A stretch of 64,000 nucleotides of DNA. It comes from Adineta vaga (taxonomy: Eukaryota; Animalia; Rotifera). Under the pieces are notes generated by a model. It was not told the DNA's origin and made no database searches. It saw only the letters and a program-made list of their open reading frames with translations. Of the stretch, positions 26,414-39,489 are shown piece after piece (the first letter of the stretch is position 1; each line of letters begins with the position of its first letter). The position numbers and the translations under genes were made by a program. Location: NCBI GenBank assembly GCA_021613535.1, contig CP075496.1:3348001-3412000 (forward strand), read 5' to 3'.

Positions 26414-27763
26414 TCATTGCTCATATTCTCCTTTACAAGCAAGAACATTGACTTGTGCTCGTTTAAGAAAATTCTCTTGTGCATTGAATTCATTCTCTCG
26501 TTTTCCGCCCCATGCCTTCAGAGCTAAATATGACAACAATTATTATTCAAGCATATGAAACAAAAAGTATATCAAAACCTGATGCTTGTAATGCTCGTCC
26601 ATAACTAAATGTTAATGCCCAAGGACACTTTTGTTGACAGAAAGATTTATGTATTTCATTTAAATTAATTGTTGCATCTTCTTCCGATTGACCACCACTT
26701 AGAAAAACCTATTCAAAACAAATTTCTATTACATATTGCTCGTTATTTTCAATATACAATTCCTCCTAATGCTGATGTACATGTTCGACGTAATGTAGTA
26801 ATTGTTGCTAATGCTTAATAACGCAAACAGACATAACAACAACCAGATTGTTCTTTTTTTTGTTTTCATTTACCAATATCGCTTGCTTTCGCTTTCTTTC
26901 TTGCGTCACGTCCTGATGTAATCATATTCTATCAGATTAAATTATTTCTTTGATAAGTAAATCAAAGAACATTCACTTACTGTTTTCAGCAAACAGCCTT
27001 CGAGATAAACATCATAATCCGACAAAGCTTTAAATATCGCAGCAAGTACTTTTTCTGTTACATATTGACATGTATATATGTCATGATCACCATCGGAAAT
27101 TACTTCAGATTGAATGAGTGGAACTAAGCCTTTTGTTTGACAAATTGATGCATATCGTGCGAGAATTCTCGCATTATTTTCAATGGCTATTTCTGTTGGT
27201 TGATTTTGTGTTTTATTGATACGCAATACACAACGCCATTTAGCAAATCGAGCACCACGAGTAAAACTAAATTCTATTTTTCTCCAATTTCAAAAGAGAA
27301 ATCTTATACTTACAAATCTTCACATCTCTTTTCTAAATCATCAAAACCTAATGTTGTTGTTTCATTTGTATTTATCGTTAATGATTCTAAACCCTAGAAA
27401 GATAAATCTTATGATTCATTTTTCTTCCTTTATAATTACCCGATCAAGTTTAATACCAGGTAATATTCCATTTTGAATTAGGATGGTTGGAAATGATATT
27501 GAACTGTCAGTACTTTGATTAAATGTTTCTTCATGCATAAGAATTCCACTAATATATTGTTGAATATCAGGCGTAGTAAATAATAATTGACGATAGATTC
27601 GACGTTGTTCTGCTGTATTTTCTACATCGATTGATTGAAATCGTTTAATGATTGATGATGGATTTTCATCAGCAGCTAAGATGCCTTTGCCTCGACGAAC
27701 AAGCAAGTTAACATTCGTTTTCAATAAAGTTTGAAAAGTTTGATTCAAATATAGATGCGTCAT
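26414..27763 (-). CDS. Class I fructose-bisphosphate aldolase homolog, divergent (E187Q-equivalent, C-terminal Tyr tail lost)
   Basis: [27 protein letters not shown] (Schiff-base Lys), [18 protein letters not shown]. Exons join in frame; stop after KGEYEQ. Confidence 0.9.
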
Positions 27764-29441
27764 TTGCGTTTTAACTCAAGATATGATAATTAAACAAAAA
27801 GCTTTTTCGATCAAGTTGATCATGAAGCCCGCCATTTGTTTTTTTCCAACTTCTAGTACATATTGACATTATTCATTAATGTCAAGACCGCCATCATGTA
27901 ATACAAAGTTTCTTACTAATGTATGTCAACTCTTTCGATACAAACTCAAAAAAAATCATCTTCTAATATTTCCACGGATAAATTTTCTGAGAATGAAACG
28001 AAGGACATTTGTATCTGATTCTAGAAAAATCTAAACGGACTTTATTCTCTAATTTCAATGGAAAAAAAAAGAATTGTAGGAAATCTTTTTTTTCATATTT
28101 TATCATGCAATATAAATTGTTTGTTGAAATGAGTTGAATTAGAAAATTTTGATGAGGAGTTTTTTACAATATAGACTACATTGATAATATAGAAATCATC
28201 CAAAATATTTCTTTGTATCCTAAATGACCCCGCCGAAATAGAACAAAGCAGGAAAAGAAAGCTCTTTGTTCTGAAATTCTTTTAAACTATCAAGAGGGAT
28301 AGATTGGTGATAGCGATATTTCCAATCAACTGTTTAATGCACGTCTTTGCTATACAGACATCTGCAATATTACAATATAAAGAATGCTTTATTGATAATG
28401 ATAATAAAAACTAACATTCATATGTAGAATTGAATGCATTGTCAACATCTGTAGATAGGATCTGTGTGATAGTTTAGATACCCTTCGGAATAGAAGTCAA
28501 ATGAGAGTATCATGCTAAATAAAACCGGAAAGAAAATGATGATGAAGAATTGTATCGTGATCAAGCTACTTTTTAACGTATTTCTTTCTTATTCGATTAA
28601 TTTGCTTCTTTTTCTTTCTTTACCAAGAATCAGCTAATGATATGTAAGTAAATGTTAGTAAAATAAATCGTTTCATGTTTAACTTATGATTGATAACAAA
28701 CATTAGACACTTGATAAAACTTTCGAAGATCAAGATAGATTGGAAATAGCGTAATAATATCAAAACCAACATTAGGCAATTAACGACTTATCTCGTTCTC
28801 GAACAAATAGCTGTTTACTTCTTCAAATCTATTGACACTTTTACCCTTAGATCGTAATCAAACCACTAGAAAATATTATCACCAAACAGCATGTAAGATT
28901 TGTATCTATATTTATGTATATACAAAGATTTATCTATATTGTTTCTTGTTCAGTGGATTAATCGTAGGCAATAGTATTAGTAGTGTTAGAGAAAAGATGA
29001 AGAAAAGTAGTTTTTATTCTTTATTTTCCTTTAGTTGCTATCATCTAACTCTATCCGTCTTTCTTTTTCTTCATTAAATTTCTAGATATAGAATAGTGTA
29101 TGATGTCGAATCAGGCATATGATACGCTAAGACAAGAAAAAAAGAAAGAAAGAAAGAAACAAGAGTTTGAGAGAAAAAAGTTTCTAAAAGCATTTACGAT
29201 TGTAACTCATAGCTATTTCTTTGTTTTTTCCTCTTTCTCTCTGTCTCTCAATCTTTCTATCTCTCTCTCTCTCTTTACCATATAGTCGTGTCTGTTAGTT
29301 CGCTAGTGACAAGTAAAGCAATAGGAAACAAGCAAATATAGTGCTAATGATAAAGACGTTGAGACAAACAATTCCATAAATATATATAGATATATACAAT
29401 CGAACGAGTGTAAAAGAAGTTCGTCAGGTTTCTCTTTTACC

Positions 29442-30551
29442 ATGGGTAATACAAATAGTAGTAATAATGCTCCACCATCGCCTTCTCGGTGGCCCAATGG
29501 TGGACAAGATTCAACATCGAAACAAATTCACATTCGTACAGATCAAGCCGATGGATTTTATTTTACTGGCGAACTTTTAACTGGTTCAGTTGAAATTCCA
29601 CTCGTGAATTTTCAACATTATTTAAATAATAAAAATCATCGTAAAGCGCCAGATGTACTCATTCAGCAATTGTTATCTAATGATATCATTATAGAACTTG
29701 TCGGCGACGCAATTTATTCAGCTGAAGTTGATGCTGCAGCAGATAGTGATGGACATTCTCAACATCAAGTTAATGTCTGCCGACAACGTTGTTTTGTGAC
29801 ACTTAGTCAAGATAATGAAAGACAATCTCTGTCAAATACAAATCAAAATGAAACATCATTTGATAAAACAACAACAACAACAACAACGACAGAACGTACA
29901 AGCGATAATCAAGTATTAGCATTACCAACGACAATCAAAGGAATATTTCAATTACAAATACCAGATGGTCTTCCTCCCTCCTTATTTAATAATCGACCAC
30001 CATCAGTTAGTTATACTCTGGAATTAAATCTCTCCTCAAGTCGTTATCGTTATCAAATACCTCTTATACTTAGCTCAAAAGGTCCCATATCACATCCCGC
30101 AACGAATATAGAATTGAGTAATAATGCACTTAATCAACATAATATTCATTTACAAGCTTCAGTAGCCAAACGATTCTATCGACCTGGTGAACAAATTTCA
30201 GTTCGATTGAATTATTCCAATCCAAATCAACGTTTAATTCGTTCAATTACTGTTACACTTTTGCAGTTCTATCGTATACATAATGATCAGTATCGATTAC
30301 AATTAGATGGTAAAGAATGGACATTTGATGTATCAACAATGTCTCCACAACGCGAATGGCTTGGTGAAACACTTTTACAATTACCCTATCAACCAATACA
30401 AGCATCATTTTCAAATCAATCTGTGGGTACTACTCAACGTATTGAATGTGAATTAGATTACAGAATATTAATTGAATTAAACGAAAAGAAAGGCGATGAT
30501 ATACATCTTCTCTTACCATCAATTATTGTCACATATCAAAAAGGAATATGA
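29442..30551 (+). CDS. Arrestin-fold (alpha-arrestin-like) protein, intronless, MG N-terminus
   Basis: 369-aa ORF with FYFTGELLTGSV, FQLQIPDGLPPS, FYRPGEQISV, IELDYRI-like C-terminal strand. Confidence 0.8.
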   Translation: MGNTNSSNNAPPSPSRWPNGGQDSTSKQIHIRTDQADGFYFTGELLTGSVEIPLVNFQHYLNNKNHRKAPDVLIQQLLSNDIIIELVGDAIYSAEVDAAADSDGHSQHQVNVCRQRCFVTLSQDNERQSLSNTNQNETSFDKTTTTTTTTERTSDNQVLALPTTIKGIFQLQIPDGLPPSLFNNRPPSVSYTLELNLSSSRYRYQIPLILSSKGPISHPATNIELSNNALNQHNIHLQASVAKRFYRPGEQISVRLNYSNPNQRLIRSITVTLLQFYRIHNDQYRLQLDGKEWTFDVSTMSPQREWLGETLLQLPYQPIQASFSNQSVGTTQRIECELDYRILIELNEKKGDDIHLLLPSIIVTYQKGI

Positions 30552-31380
30552 AAAGAAAAGAAAAGAAAACACTCCTTTTTATTGATAGATGAACATATCT
30601 AAATATTGAATATGCTTTTTTTTTGTTTATGTCATACAAAGAAAAAAAAACCTCATCTATCATAATAAATCATATTCATAAATAACTTCAACTTGAAAGT
30701 TTCCTTTATGATTAGTTTCATAATGATCAAATAAAATCTCACATATGTTCGATTGTTGTGTGTCTTCTGTTTTGTAATCTTAATTAACAATATATACATA
30801 CGAAGAGAGCTAGAATGCGTAGGTCTTCGTCATTCTTCCTTCTTGCACGATATATTTCATATAAGTATATATAATATAAGGGCTGTTCTGTCTGTGACAC
30901 AAACTATTGAAATAAAAAAGAACGTTTAAGAGAACTTTTGTAGTTGTACAGACGAAAGATTAGAGCTATATTTATGCATTCATAATCTAATTTCGTTGTT
31001 TGACGACGGTAAGGACAAAAAAAAAGAAAGCGAGAGATAGAACAACGGAAAGTCTATTTCCGTACGAAACAATGAATTTATTGACTCAGAATATTATTCA
31101 CTTTGAAAGTTTTTAAAATAAGAAGATTATTTTCTATCATCATCAAAAGGAAAATCTTATTCATTACAGCAATTTCTTCAAGATCTAGAACATCATTTTC
31201 CACTTATTGTTCGAATATCTTCATCAAATATTCATGAACGATCAATAAAACCAATTTCCATAAAAATATATTTCATTGTTGTTAATGAAAACTTATCAAT
31301 TTTACCTGAATAGCAGCATAATTGAAATGATGGAAAACATCGAACAAGTATCAGTCAAAGAAAACTTCTACTCACAATCA
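30225..31380 (+). repeat. Direct duplication copy A (arrestin 3' end, intergenic DNA, decayed 5' end of the CABIT-like gene)
   Basis: Aligns by eye with 33691-34865. Confidence 0.92.
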
Positions 31381-32867
31381 TAATAATTATATTGATGATG
31401 AAAATTGTGGAGGGGCTGAGGGTGACTAATGAAAGAAAACACACTGACCATCACCCTGACATCCTCAAGATGCGAATGAAAGAGAAAATCATCGAAATGA
31501 CGGTTATTCATCTTTCCGAACAACTAAATTTGACCATTGATCGTTTAGTGACAAGCGGGAAAGACAATCCGATCACACGGAATGATAGTCATGATTAAAC
31601 TAAAAGACACTTGAAGCTCCACGAGAGTTCGAAGAAAATCGCTTTTCGCTCTTATTACTCTGCAGATGATCATTCTATTCGTGTTGGTGGCAAGTTGTTC
31701 AAGAATGAGCTGATCAATAACAAGGGACATCTCCGTCCATATGACCGCCACTATCCATAGAATATTCCTATAAGCTTCAAGTAATTTGATGATGAAATGA
31801 ACTAAAGATAAGTCAATAATTGATATCGCTATTGCATTCAATTCTCTTCCTATCAAAAGAAACTGTATGATGGAGTCATCCAAAGCAAATTCGTTGTTCT
31901 GGTCAATGTTTATTGGTTACTGGGAGTAAGAAGATTTGGTGTGAAATGATTTTCGAAATTAACGTTCAAGTGAAAATTCTGCTCGAGCTCGTCTTGCTCT
32001 CCAATAACAAACATCAAATCATCATTGAGAAAAAATTTATTCCAATTTAGATCGAGCGATCCATCTATTTTCAGTGTTGTTTTCCATTAGATAGAATATT
32101 TATCAATCAAAAATTAAGCTTTTTGAAATTGAAAATACGATATTTCCATCTTTTATCTCTTTCTAGTCTAAAAATAAACGAAGTGAGTCGATTCCAGCTA
32201 ATATTCTCACTGCAAATTAAAGAAACAAAATGAAAATGTTGTCTAGTTCATTCTTTCGAGGCATACATCGAGTATGTAGTATTGTTATTCGAGAATTTGT
32301 CTTTGTTCATAGACATATCCATTATTATTATTCACAAGGTCTATCGATTTCGATGAATCCAGTCACATTTTATCAAAAGAAATCATAGATGAAAGAATGA
32401 TTTCGACTAGAATTGAAAAACGTTTCGTGTCTGGGTACATTTAGACACGTGCAAAGAGAATGATATATCTGACGACAAAATTAAGAAGAATTTGGAGAGA
32501 GGAAACAAAATAATAGCATTTCTATTGGCAACTCGATCGCTCTTTGTATCCCTATATAAACCGATGACCACTATATTTTTCTTGCAAATCATCATTATTA
32601 TACCATCATCACGCCATAATACATTTCACGAAGAACGTTAAAACAAATGATACGTATAAAAATCTTCTCACTGGTAATTGTATAATGCTTTTCCGTTTTT
32701 CTTCTTCTTCTTCTTATTAGCACTTGAGGAAAGCATTATCCAATACTCATCAGTTTGGTGAAGAGTTCAACAAAATATAGCGAAATAGTGTTATTACTGA
32801 ACTGAAGTCAATGTTGCTTATATTCACAAATCTTTACCTTAAAACAATTTGACCGTTTTATTTCAGG

Positions 32868-33142
32868 CCAATAATCCAGGACGGATGTTTCGGTCTCTGG
32901 ATCCTGCAGGAAAATATCGGAAATCGCTGGAACATGGAAGCAGTATTCTTGCTGGAAACTTTCCCAATTTTTCGGTGAATTCCTACCAACGTCTTGACCT
33001 TTTCGACAGCAACTAACTGGGCAAATTTCCAGACGTACTACTGCTTCTATGTAATCACCGGAATTCATCTGAATCTTTTACGGATCTATCAACGAATAAA
33101 ATATCCTTAGTATGATATTATGACTTGCCCAATAATCCAGGA
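32868..33142. mobile_element. Degenerate palindromic, MITE-like non-coding repeat
   Basis: GC-richer island. Imperfect inverted arms at about 32931-32968 and 33016-33052 (catggaagcagta / tactgcttctatg); ccaataatccagga occurs at 32868 and 33129. Confidence 0.55.
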
Positions 33143-33690
33143 ACTCACATAAGATATCATTGGTCGCTGCAATTCTGGAATCGTTAATGTGATATATATT
33201 GAAAAACAATAAAAGGCATTGTTTCTCTTATAGGTTCATGCAGCAAGTGATGGGATTTTGACTTGTCTGAATATCGACCATTGATGGTTTTTTCCCATCT
33301 TTTCCTTGGACACAATTATGCTTATTATTTTCGTAGATTTTTCTCTTCATGGTTTTGACGATGTTTTTCCTCTTTCTATCTGTTGGTCTTGATTATACTG
33401 ATTATTCTTATTCCATTGATGTTCTTATGAAGTTTTGATCAATAAATACGGTTAAAAAGCGAAATTTTGTTCTTCAAGTCCTTAATCTTTTGCGAAAGAG
33501 GAAAATGAACAGATTAGATGCTTGATTTTCACCATCATTTTTTTTCTCTATGAATATGTAGAAAGGAATAGAAATTTCATTGAAAAGACTATAACTTTTC
33601 AAGAAAGAGTTGTGAGCATAAATTCTTTTAGGCTTTTTACTATCTCGATACCATCCAGCAACGAATATAAAATTTTGTAATAATGTACTA

Positions 33691-34865
33691 AATCAACGTT
33701 TAATTCGTTCAATTACTGTTACACTTTTACAATTACTCTATCAACCAATACAAGCATCATTTTCAAATCAATCTGTGGGTACTACTGAACGTGTCGGGTG
33801 TGAATTAGATTATAGAATACTAATTGAATTAAACGAAAAGAAAGGCGATGATTTACATCTTCTCTTGCCATCAATTATTGTCACATATCAAAAAGGAATA
33901 TGAAAAGAAAAGAAAAGAAAACACTCCTTTTTATTGATAGATGAACATATCTAAATATTGAATATGCTTTTTTTTTGTTTATGTCATACAAAGAAAAAAA
34001 AACCTCATCTATCATAATAAATCATATTCATAAATAACTTCAACTTGAAAGTTTCCTTTATGATTAGTTTCATAATGATCAAATAAAATCTCACATATGT
34101 TCGATTGTTGTGTGTCTTCTGTTTTGTAATCTTAATTAACAATACATACATTTATTATATATAAACATATACAAATATATATATATTTATATATATGAAG
34201 AGAGCTAGAATGCGTAGGTCTTCGCCATTCTTCGCTCTCTTTTTTTGTGTACCTGTATATAAAGAGTCCCGTTGATTTTTTTCTCTCTCTCTTCTTCCTT
34301 CTTGCACGATATATTTCATATAAATATATGAGGGTTGTTCTGTCTGTGACACAAACTATTGAAATAAAAAGAACGCGTAAGAGAACTTTCGTAGGTGTGC
34401 AGACGAAAGAATAGAGCAACATTCATGCATTCACCATCTAATTTCGTTGTTTGACGACAGTAACAGCAGAAGAAAAAAGAGAAAAGAACAATAGCAAATA
34501 AATTTCCATTGAAAAACAATGAATTTATTGACTCATACCATCATTCAATTCGAATATTTTTAGACAAGAAAAAAATCGTTTCAATATGCATTATCTATTA
34601 AACGATCAAAGCTATTATTTTCCATCTTCAAATGATCAAACTTATCCACTACAACAATTTCTTCAAAATTTGGAACATAATTTTCCAATTATTGTTCGAA
34701 TATCTTCATCAAATATTCATGAACGATCAATAAAACATCTTTTATCGAGAAATATTCCCTTATTATTATTAACGGGTTATCAATTTCAATCGATTCTCTC
34801 TGAATATCATCCTCCAAACGATGGAAGACATCGATTAAGTATTACTCAAGGCAAACTTCTACCAA
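33691..34865 (+). repeat. Direct duplication copy B (truncated arrestin 3' fragment, intergenic DNA, intact 5' end of the CABIT-like gene)
   Basis: Aligns with 30225-31380; the arrestin fragment 33691-33903 lacks 114 bp. Confidence 0.92.
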
Positions 34866-36850
34866 AAAAAACAACAAAATTTCGTACGATGAGAAAATTA
34901 TCCAAATCATTAGTAACAATTGCAACATCCAATCTTCGTGAGGAAAATAATATGGATGATAATGAAAATTGTTTCAATACTCGTACAATTGCTCGAAATA
35001 TCAATGAAAAACGGTCGAATATCGTCCCACTTTGTCGCATTCCACTTTCCTATTCGGGATATTTTGAAATATTGAATGAAAATGATCAAGCTATTGAACC
35101 AGTTCATCAAATTTCCGATTTATTAATGATTGAATATCATAATGATGAAAAAAATCAACAGATACGTACAGAAAAATGGCCACAAGCTTTTATTCTTCGA
35201 TGTCAATGTCAAGCGTATACAAAACGTTATATTCCTGATGAAGGCAAACTTTCCGGTAGTACTGATTCATGTTATGGTTCATTATCTGATTTAGATTCTC
35301 AAAAAACACCTCTGATCCTCAATGACAACAAAGAAACTCTTCAACCCGGTCAAATTCTTACAATTTTAAACTCATGTTTTGCATATCGTAGTCAAATATC
35401 TGAACAAGAATCTAAACTTGATGAATATCCATTACAATCACCAACAACATCATGGTTACGAACAAAATCTCGATTCTTTTTTCCTCGAAAAAAATCTCAA
35501 CCGACAAGCAATAATTCAACAAAAAATATTTATGATATACCAAAAATCTCTCAAACATATTTAAAATGTCGAACACAACAAGGTGATATTGTCTACATAT
35601 CCACCGATGAAACAGGTCTTTTCAGTCCTGTCTATACTCCAAATCGTCGTTCTAGTTCCATCGTAGACTCGAAAATATCGATGTATCAGGTGTTTTTCAA
35701 TTAAAACAACTTCTATCAAATTTTCGTTTTCCAATATCGGTTCGTTTACTTAATCATTCCAATACATTCGATCATATTTATTCTCCATCGAAAACAATCC
35801 TTTCAGAAACGTCCATGATATCATCAACAAAATTTCGTTTATTATTACCTTATACTGAACAAGTTATCTTTGCATGTCCACTAATTATTCCATCAGCATT
35901 TAAACCTCATACTATTGTTATTCCCATACCAATTGACAGTGAAATCAAAGTTCAACGTTGTCTAAATATGCGTGAAATCATTCAAAATAAAGCTTATCAA
36001 GAATTACTTGGCAGATGTTCGGAAATTATTAATCAATATCAAAATGAACTTTCTTACATTCATTTTCCACTTATTTTAAGTTCACCAACAAAACGAGCAT
36101 CAGCACGTACAGAACCATTGTTTAAAAAACGATCTCAATCCGAATCTCATATTGAACTTCATGCCAGCGATTTCAATAAAGAAATCCATCGAAAATCTTG
36201 TGACATTTTAAATTATACTGAAGATCAAGATGATCAACAACGATTCAATTTAAAAACTATTAGAAAAAATTCATCAAATGAACAAGATCCAATCGAGAAA
36301 GTTGTCAAACAATCAAGTTATTATACGAAAATCAAAATTGATAAACCAAGAAAATATCTGCGCCAACAAGAACTTGATTCCGATGATGAAAATTATCGTG
36401 AATTGGATCATATTTATGATTATATACGTTCAGGTGATGTTACAGATGATGTACAAAAAATTCAAGCAAAAGAACAAGCATTGAATGCAAAATTCAATCA
36501 AACAGGAAATACTTCAAGAGTATGTGTCTCTGCTGTATTAAACGTTTCGAATACAGCGATAAAAGTAAGACAAACAAAGCACGATAAATTCATTGTTTAA
36601 CTTCTCCTCTGTATATTAGAATTCAGCAAAGCAATTACCATCAAAATGTAACAGTTTAGAGGCAATGCAGGTTCAAAAATTTCCTTCAAATTTGGATGAT
36701 TCACGGCCATTAGATAATGGTGGTGGTGATGATGATGACAACGACGACCCATCACGTACTCGTTGTTCGACATCAAGACAACTTTCATTACACAATTTGA
36801 CTGATTCATCAAATTCGAAACCAACTCTTCGAATGAGCAGAATTAATTAA
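34586..36850 (+). CDS. CABIT-domain-like (THEMIS/GAREM-type) protein with an apparent frameshift near 35660
   Basis: LQQFL..FPIIVRI, IPLSYSGYFEIL, YLKC..GDIVYI...GLFSPV, then in a second frame LKQLLSNFRFPISVRL running into ORF 35815-36600; last exon to 36850. Confidence 0.6.
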
Positions 36851-37574
36851 CACTAAATATTCATATATGCAATACAATCATTGACATACATTTATATTTT
36901 TCCTTGTATGAAAAAAAGAAAATTTATTTTCTATAAGATATTTTATTAACAAAGATTCTGTTTACATGAATATTGTCTATAGATATACTCAGAAAATACC
37001 TTCTGTTCAAGTATAAGATAATTAAAAGACCGAATTCGTTTTCGGAGAAATCGAATAAATGATAATTAGTTGATATTCAATTGACCTTAATATCAAGGTT
37101 GCTTGTATAATGAAGTAAAATACGAACGTTACTTTTTCAAAGAAAATGAATTCGAGCTGATAAACTTACTTCGATTTATTTTTAAAACCTCGAGATATTT
37201 ACCGAAGCTTTTATAAGTATAACGATACTTATTTAATTAGTCTTAGAACGACTAAAATTGAAGTGCATACGCATGAATTTGATCATTCAAGGATCATCTT
37301 GTCGGATCATATATCTGTTGGTTTCTTTCCTTTTCTTTTCTCTTCAATACTTGGTTTATTCTATGATTTACACAGATGCATTTATTCTCATGAGCAAGAA
37401 AAAAAAATTCAAGGAGAACAACTGTCTCTAAAAAACGACCAGATGAAAGTAATTGAACTTTATTTGACTGAAAATTTCTCAAAAAAAAAATTTATTACTA
37501 AAAATGGAAGTACAACTGTCAATCAAATAGATACGAAAGAGAAAAAAACGATAATTCGCTTTCTATGACATCAA

Positions 37575-39041
37575 TTAATCACTGATATATTTATCATTAA
37601 GAACAGCTCGAAATAGTATTTCAGCAGATTCAATGATTGATTTACTTTCAATTAGACATAATTCACGACCACATCGATTATGACTATTAATTGGTTTTGA
37701 TATTTCTAAATATAATATAAACATTCGTTTTCAAATAAGAAAATATTTAAATCGTACCTAAAGTTTTGATTAAAATTTGATGAAGAATAGAAATGGATTT
37801 TTCACAAGCACGCTATAACAAATCAAACAATTTTCAAAGAGAGACTATTCGCAATTCACTTACGATTAGATTATTCTCTTCATGAAACCACGCAAGAATT
37901 AATGCTGAAAATGAATCACCAGTACCTGTAAATGAACTTTCTAAACGTGGAAAATCGATTTGGAATGTTTGATATTGATTATCTAAAAACTCTATATCTT
38001 AATCTATTGAAGTTTTTTCAAATAAATTTATCAACCTGCAAGTTTCGTACTAGCTCTCATTTGTAACATTGTTTGATTTCCGCCTGTTTTAGCTGCTGAA
38101 ATACTTGAAATAATAATATGAGATGGACCCATAGCATGTAAACTTCTCAATGATTGCCAAATAACTTCTTCTTGATTTTCATTATTTTTACATTCGATTT
38201 CTTTTCCAATTAATACTCTAGAACGATAAATATTTTCATCTTGTTTTTACTTCTTTTCAATTGAATACGAAATTCTTTACTCGATTTCGAAATCATTAGG
38301 TGTAACGATATCCGCTAATGGAAGAATTTCGTTTCGATAAACTTCAATACATGATCGATCAACATACTATCGAAAATATTGATACAGAACATAATGAAAT
38401 CGTATATTAAATATTTACTTACAAGTTTATTATCATCACCAATCACTGGATCACAGACTAAATGTTTTCGAAAAAAAAAACAATCTTTATTTATCTTCAT
38501 TTCTTTGAATATATACTATATTTAATATGAGGAGATTTTGATTTAATAAGACGAATATATTCTGCGACAACATGTAATAGTTCTCCTGAACCCATATAAC
38601 CTATGAAAAACGATTAATTTCAATATATATATATATATATAATAAAAGAAAGATAGATAGATACCGGTAAGAATATAATCATAATCTAATAATTCGTTGA
38701 CTAATAACCCTTGAAATATTGTTTCAAGTTCATTAGCAGTTAATCGACTTCCTTTAACTGTTGAATATCCTATTATTATAATTTGAATACAAGGAAATGA
38801 TGTATAAAGTTCGAAAGGGTAAAACAAACCTGTATGATTGGAAAAATTAACGGAATTGATAATGTCAACTTCGAAACCATAGAGCTGAAAAGATTTATTG
38901 ATTATATTGTACCCAGATTTCGTTTTTAATAAGAGTAAAAACCTGAAGAATAAACGCAGCACATTTATTACCAACAAATCCATGTACAACATGACTTTGA
39001 ATTGACAGTACTCGTGGAATTCGAGAAGATTTACTCGACAT
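37575..39041 (-). CDS. PDXK: Pyridoxal kinase
   Basis: [53 protein letters not shown]; many short introns. Confidence 0.95.
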
Positions 39042-39489
39042 AATACTGAGTTCTACACTAAAATTAATAAATGAAATCTAACTATCATCAACAAATGATA
39101 GATTGATCATCGAATATAATATGGATTGAATATCAATAAACAAGAGGTCGCACTCAATCAGACAAAGTTTTTTTTTTTTCATGAGTTGATGTATTTGTTA
39201 TAGTTAATTACAGACATCTGATAAAAATTATATATCAATAGCTAAATTTACGATGACTTGCTGCTTTATCGTTGGAAATTGAATAAAACATTTGGATAAT
39301 GTGTGTTTTTGCTTGATAGAAAAGAAAAAAATCAATGCAATTTTTATTTTAATTTAATTTAAAACAAAAGAAAAACACGAGAAAAACATCCGTATGAACA
39401 ACACATTGTCTAATCCTACAGATAGTAACAAATGAAAACATACAAATTCTTACTATTGTTCAATTTAGCCTAGATATGTCAAGAAATTC

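Noticed and set aside
28200-28580. Coding-like patches between the aldolase and arrestin genes
   Set aside because: Frames interrupted by stops and no family recognised.
31392-31598. HTDHHPD segment as the end of a FLYWCH/MULE transposase domain
   Set aside because: Too short; no upstream Cys/Trp motif, DDE domain or terminal repeats seen.
32808-33068. 86-aa ORF as a protein-coding gene
   Set aside because: Lies within a palindromic repeat-like element and has no recognisable domain.
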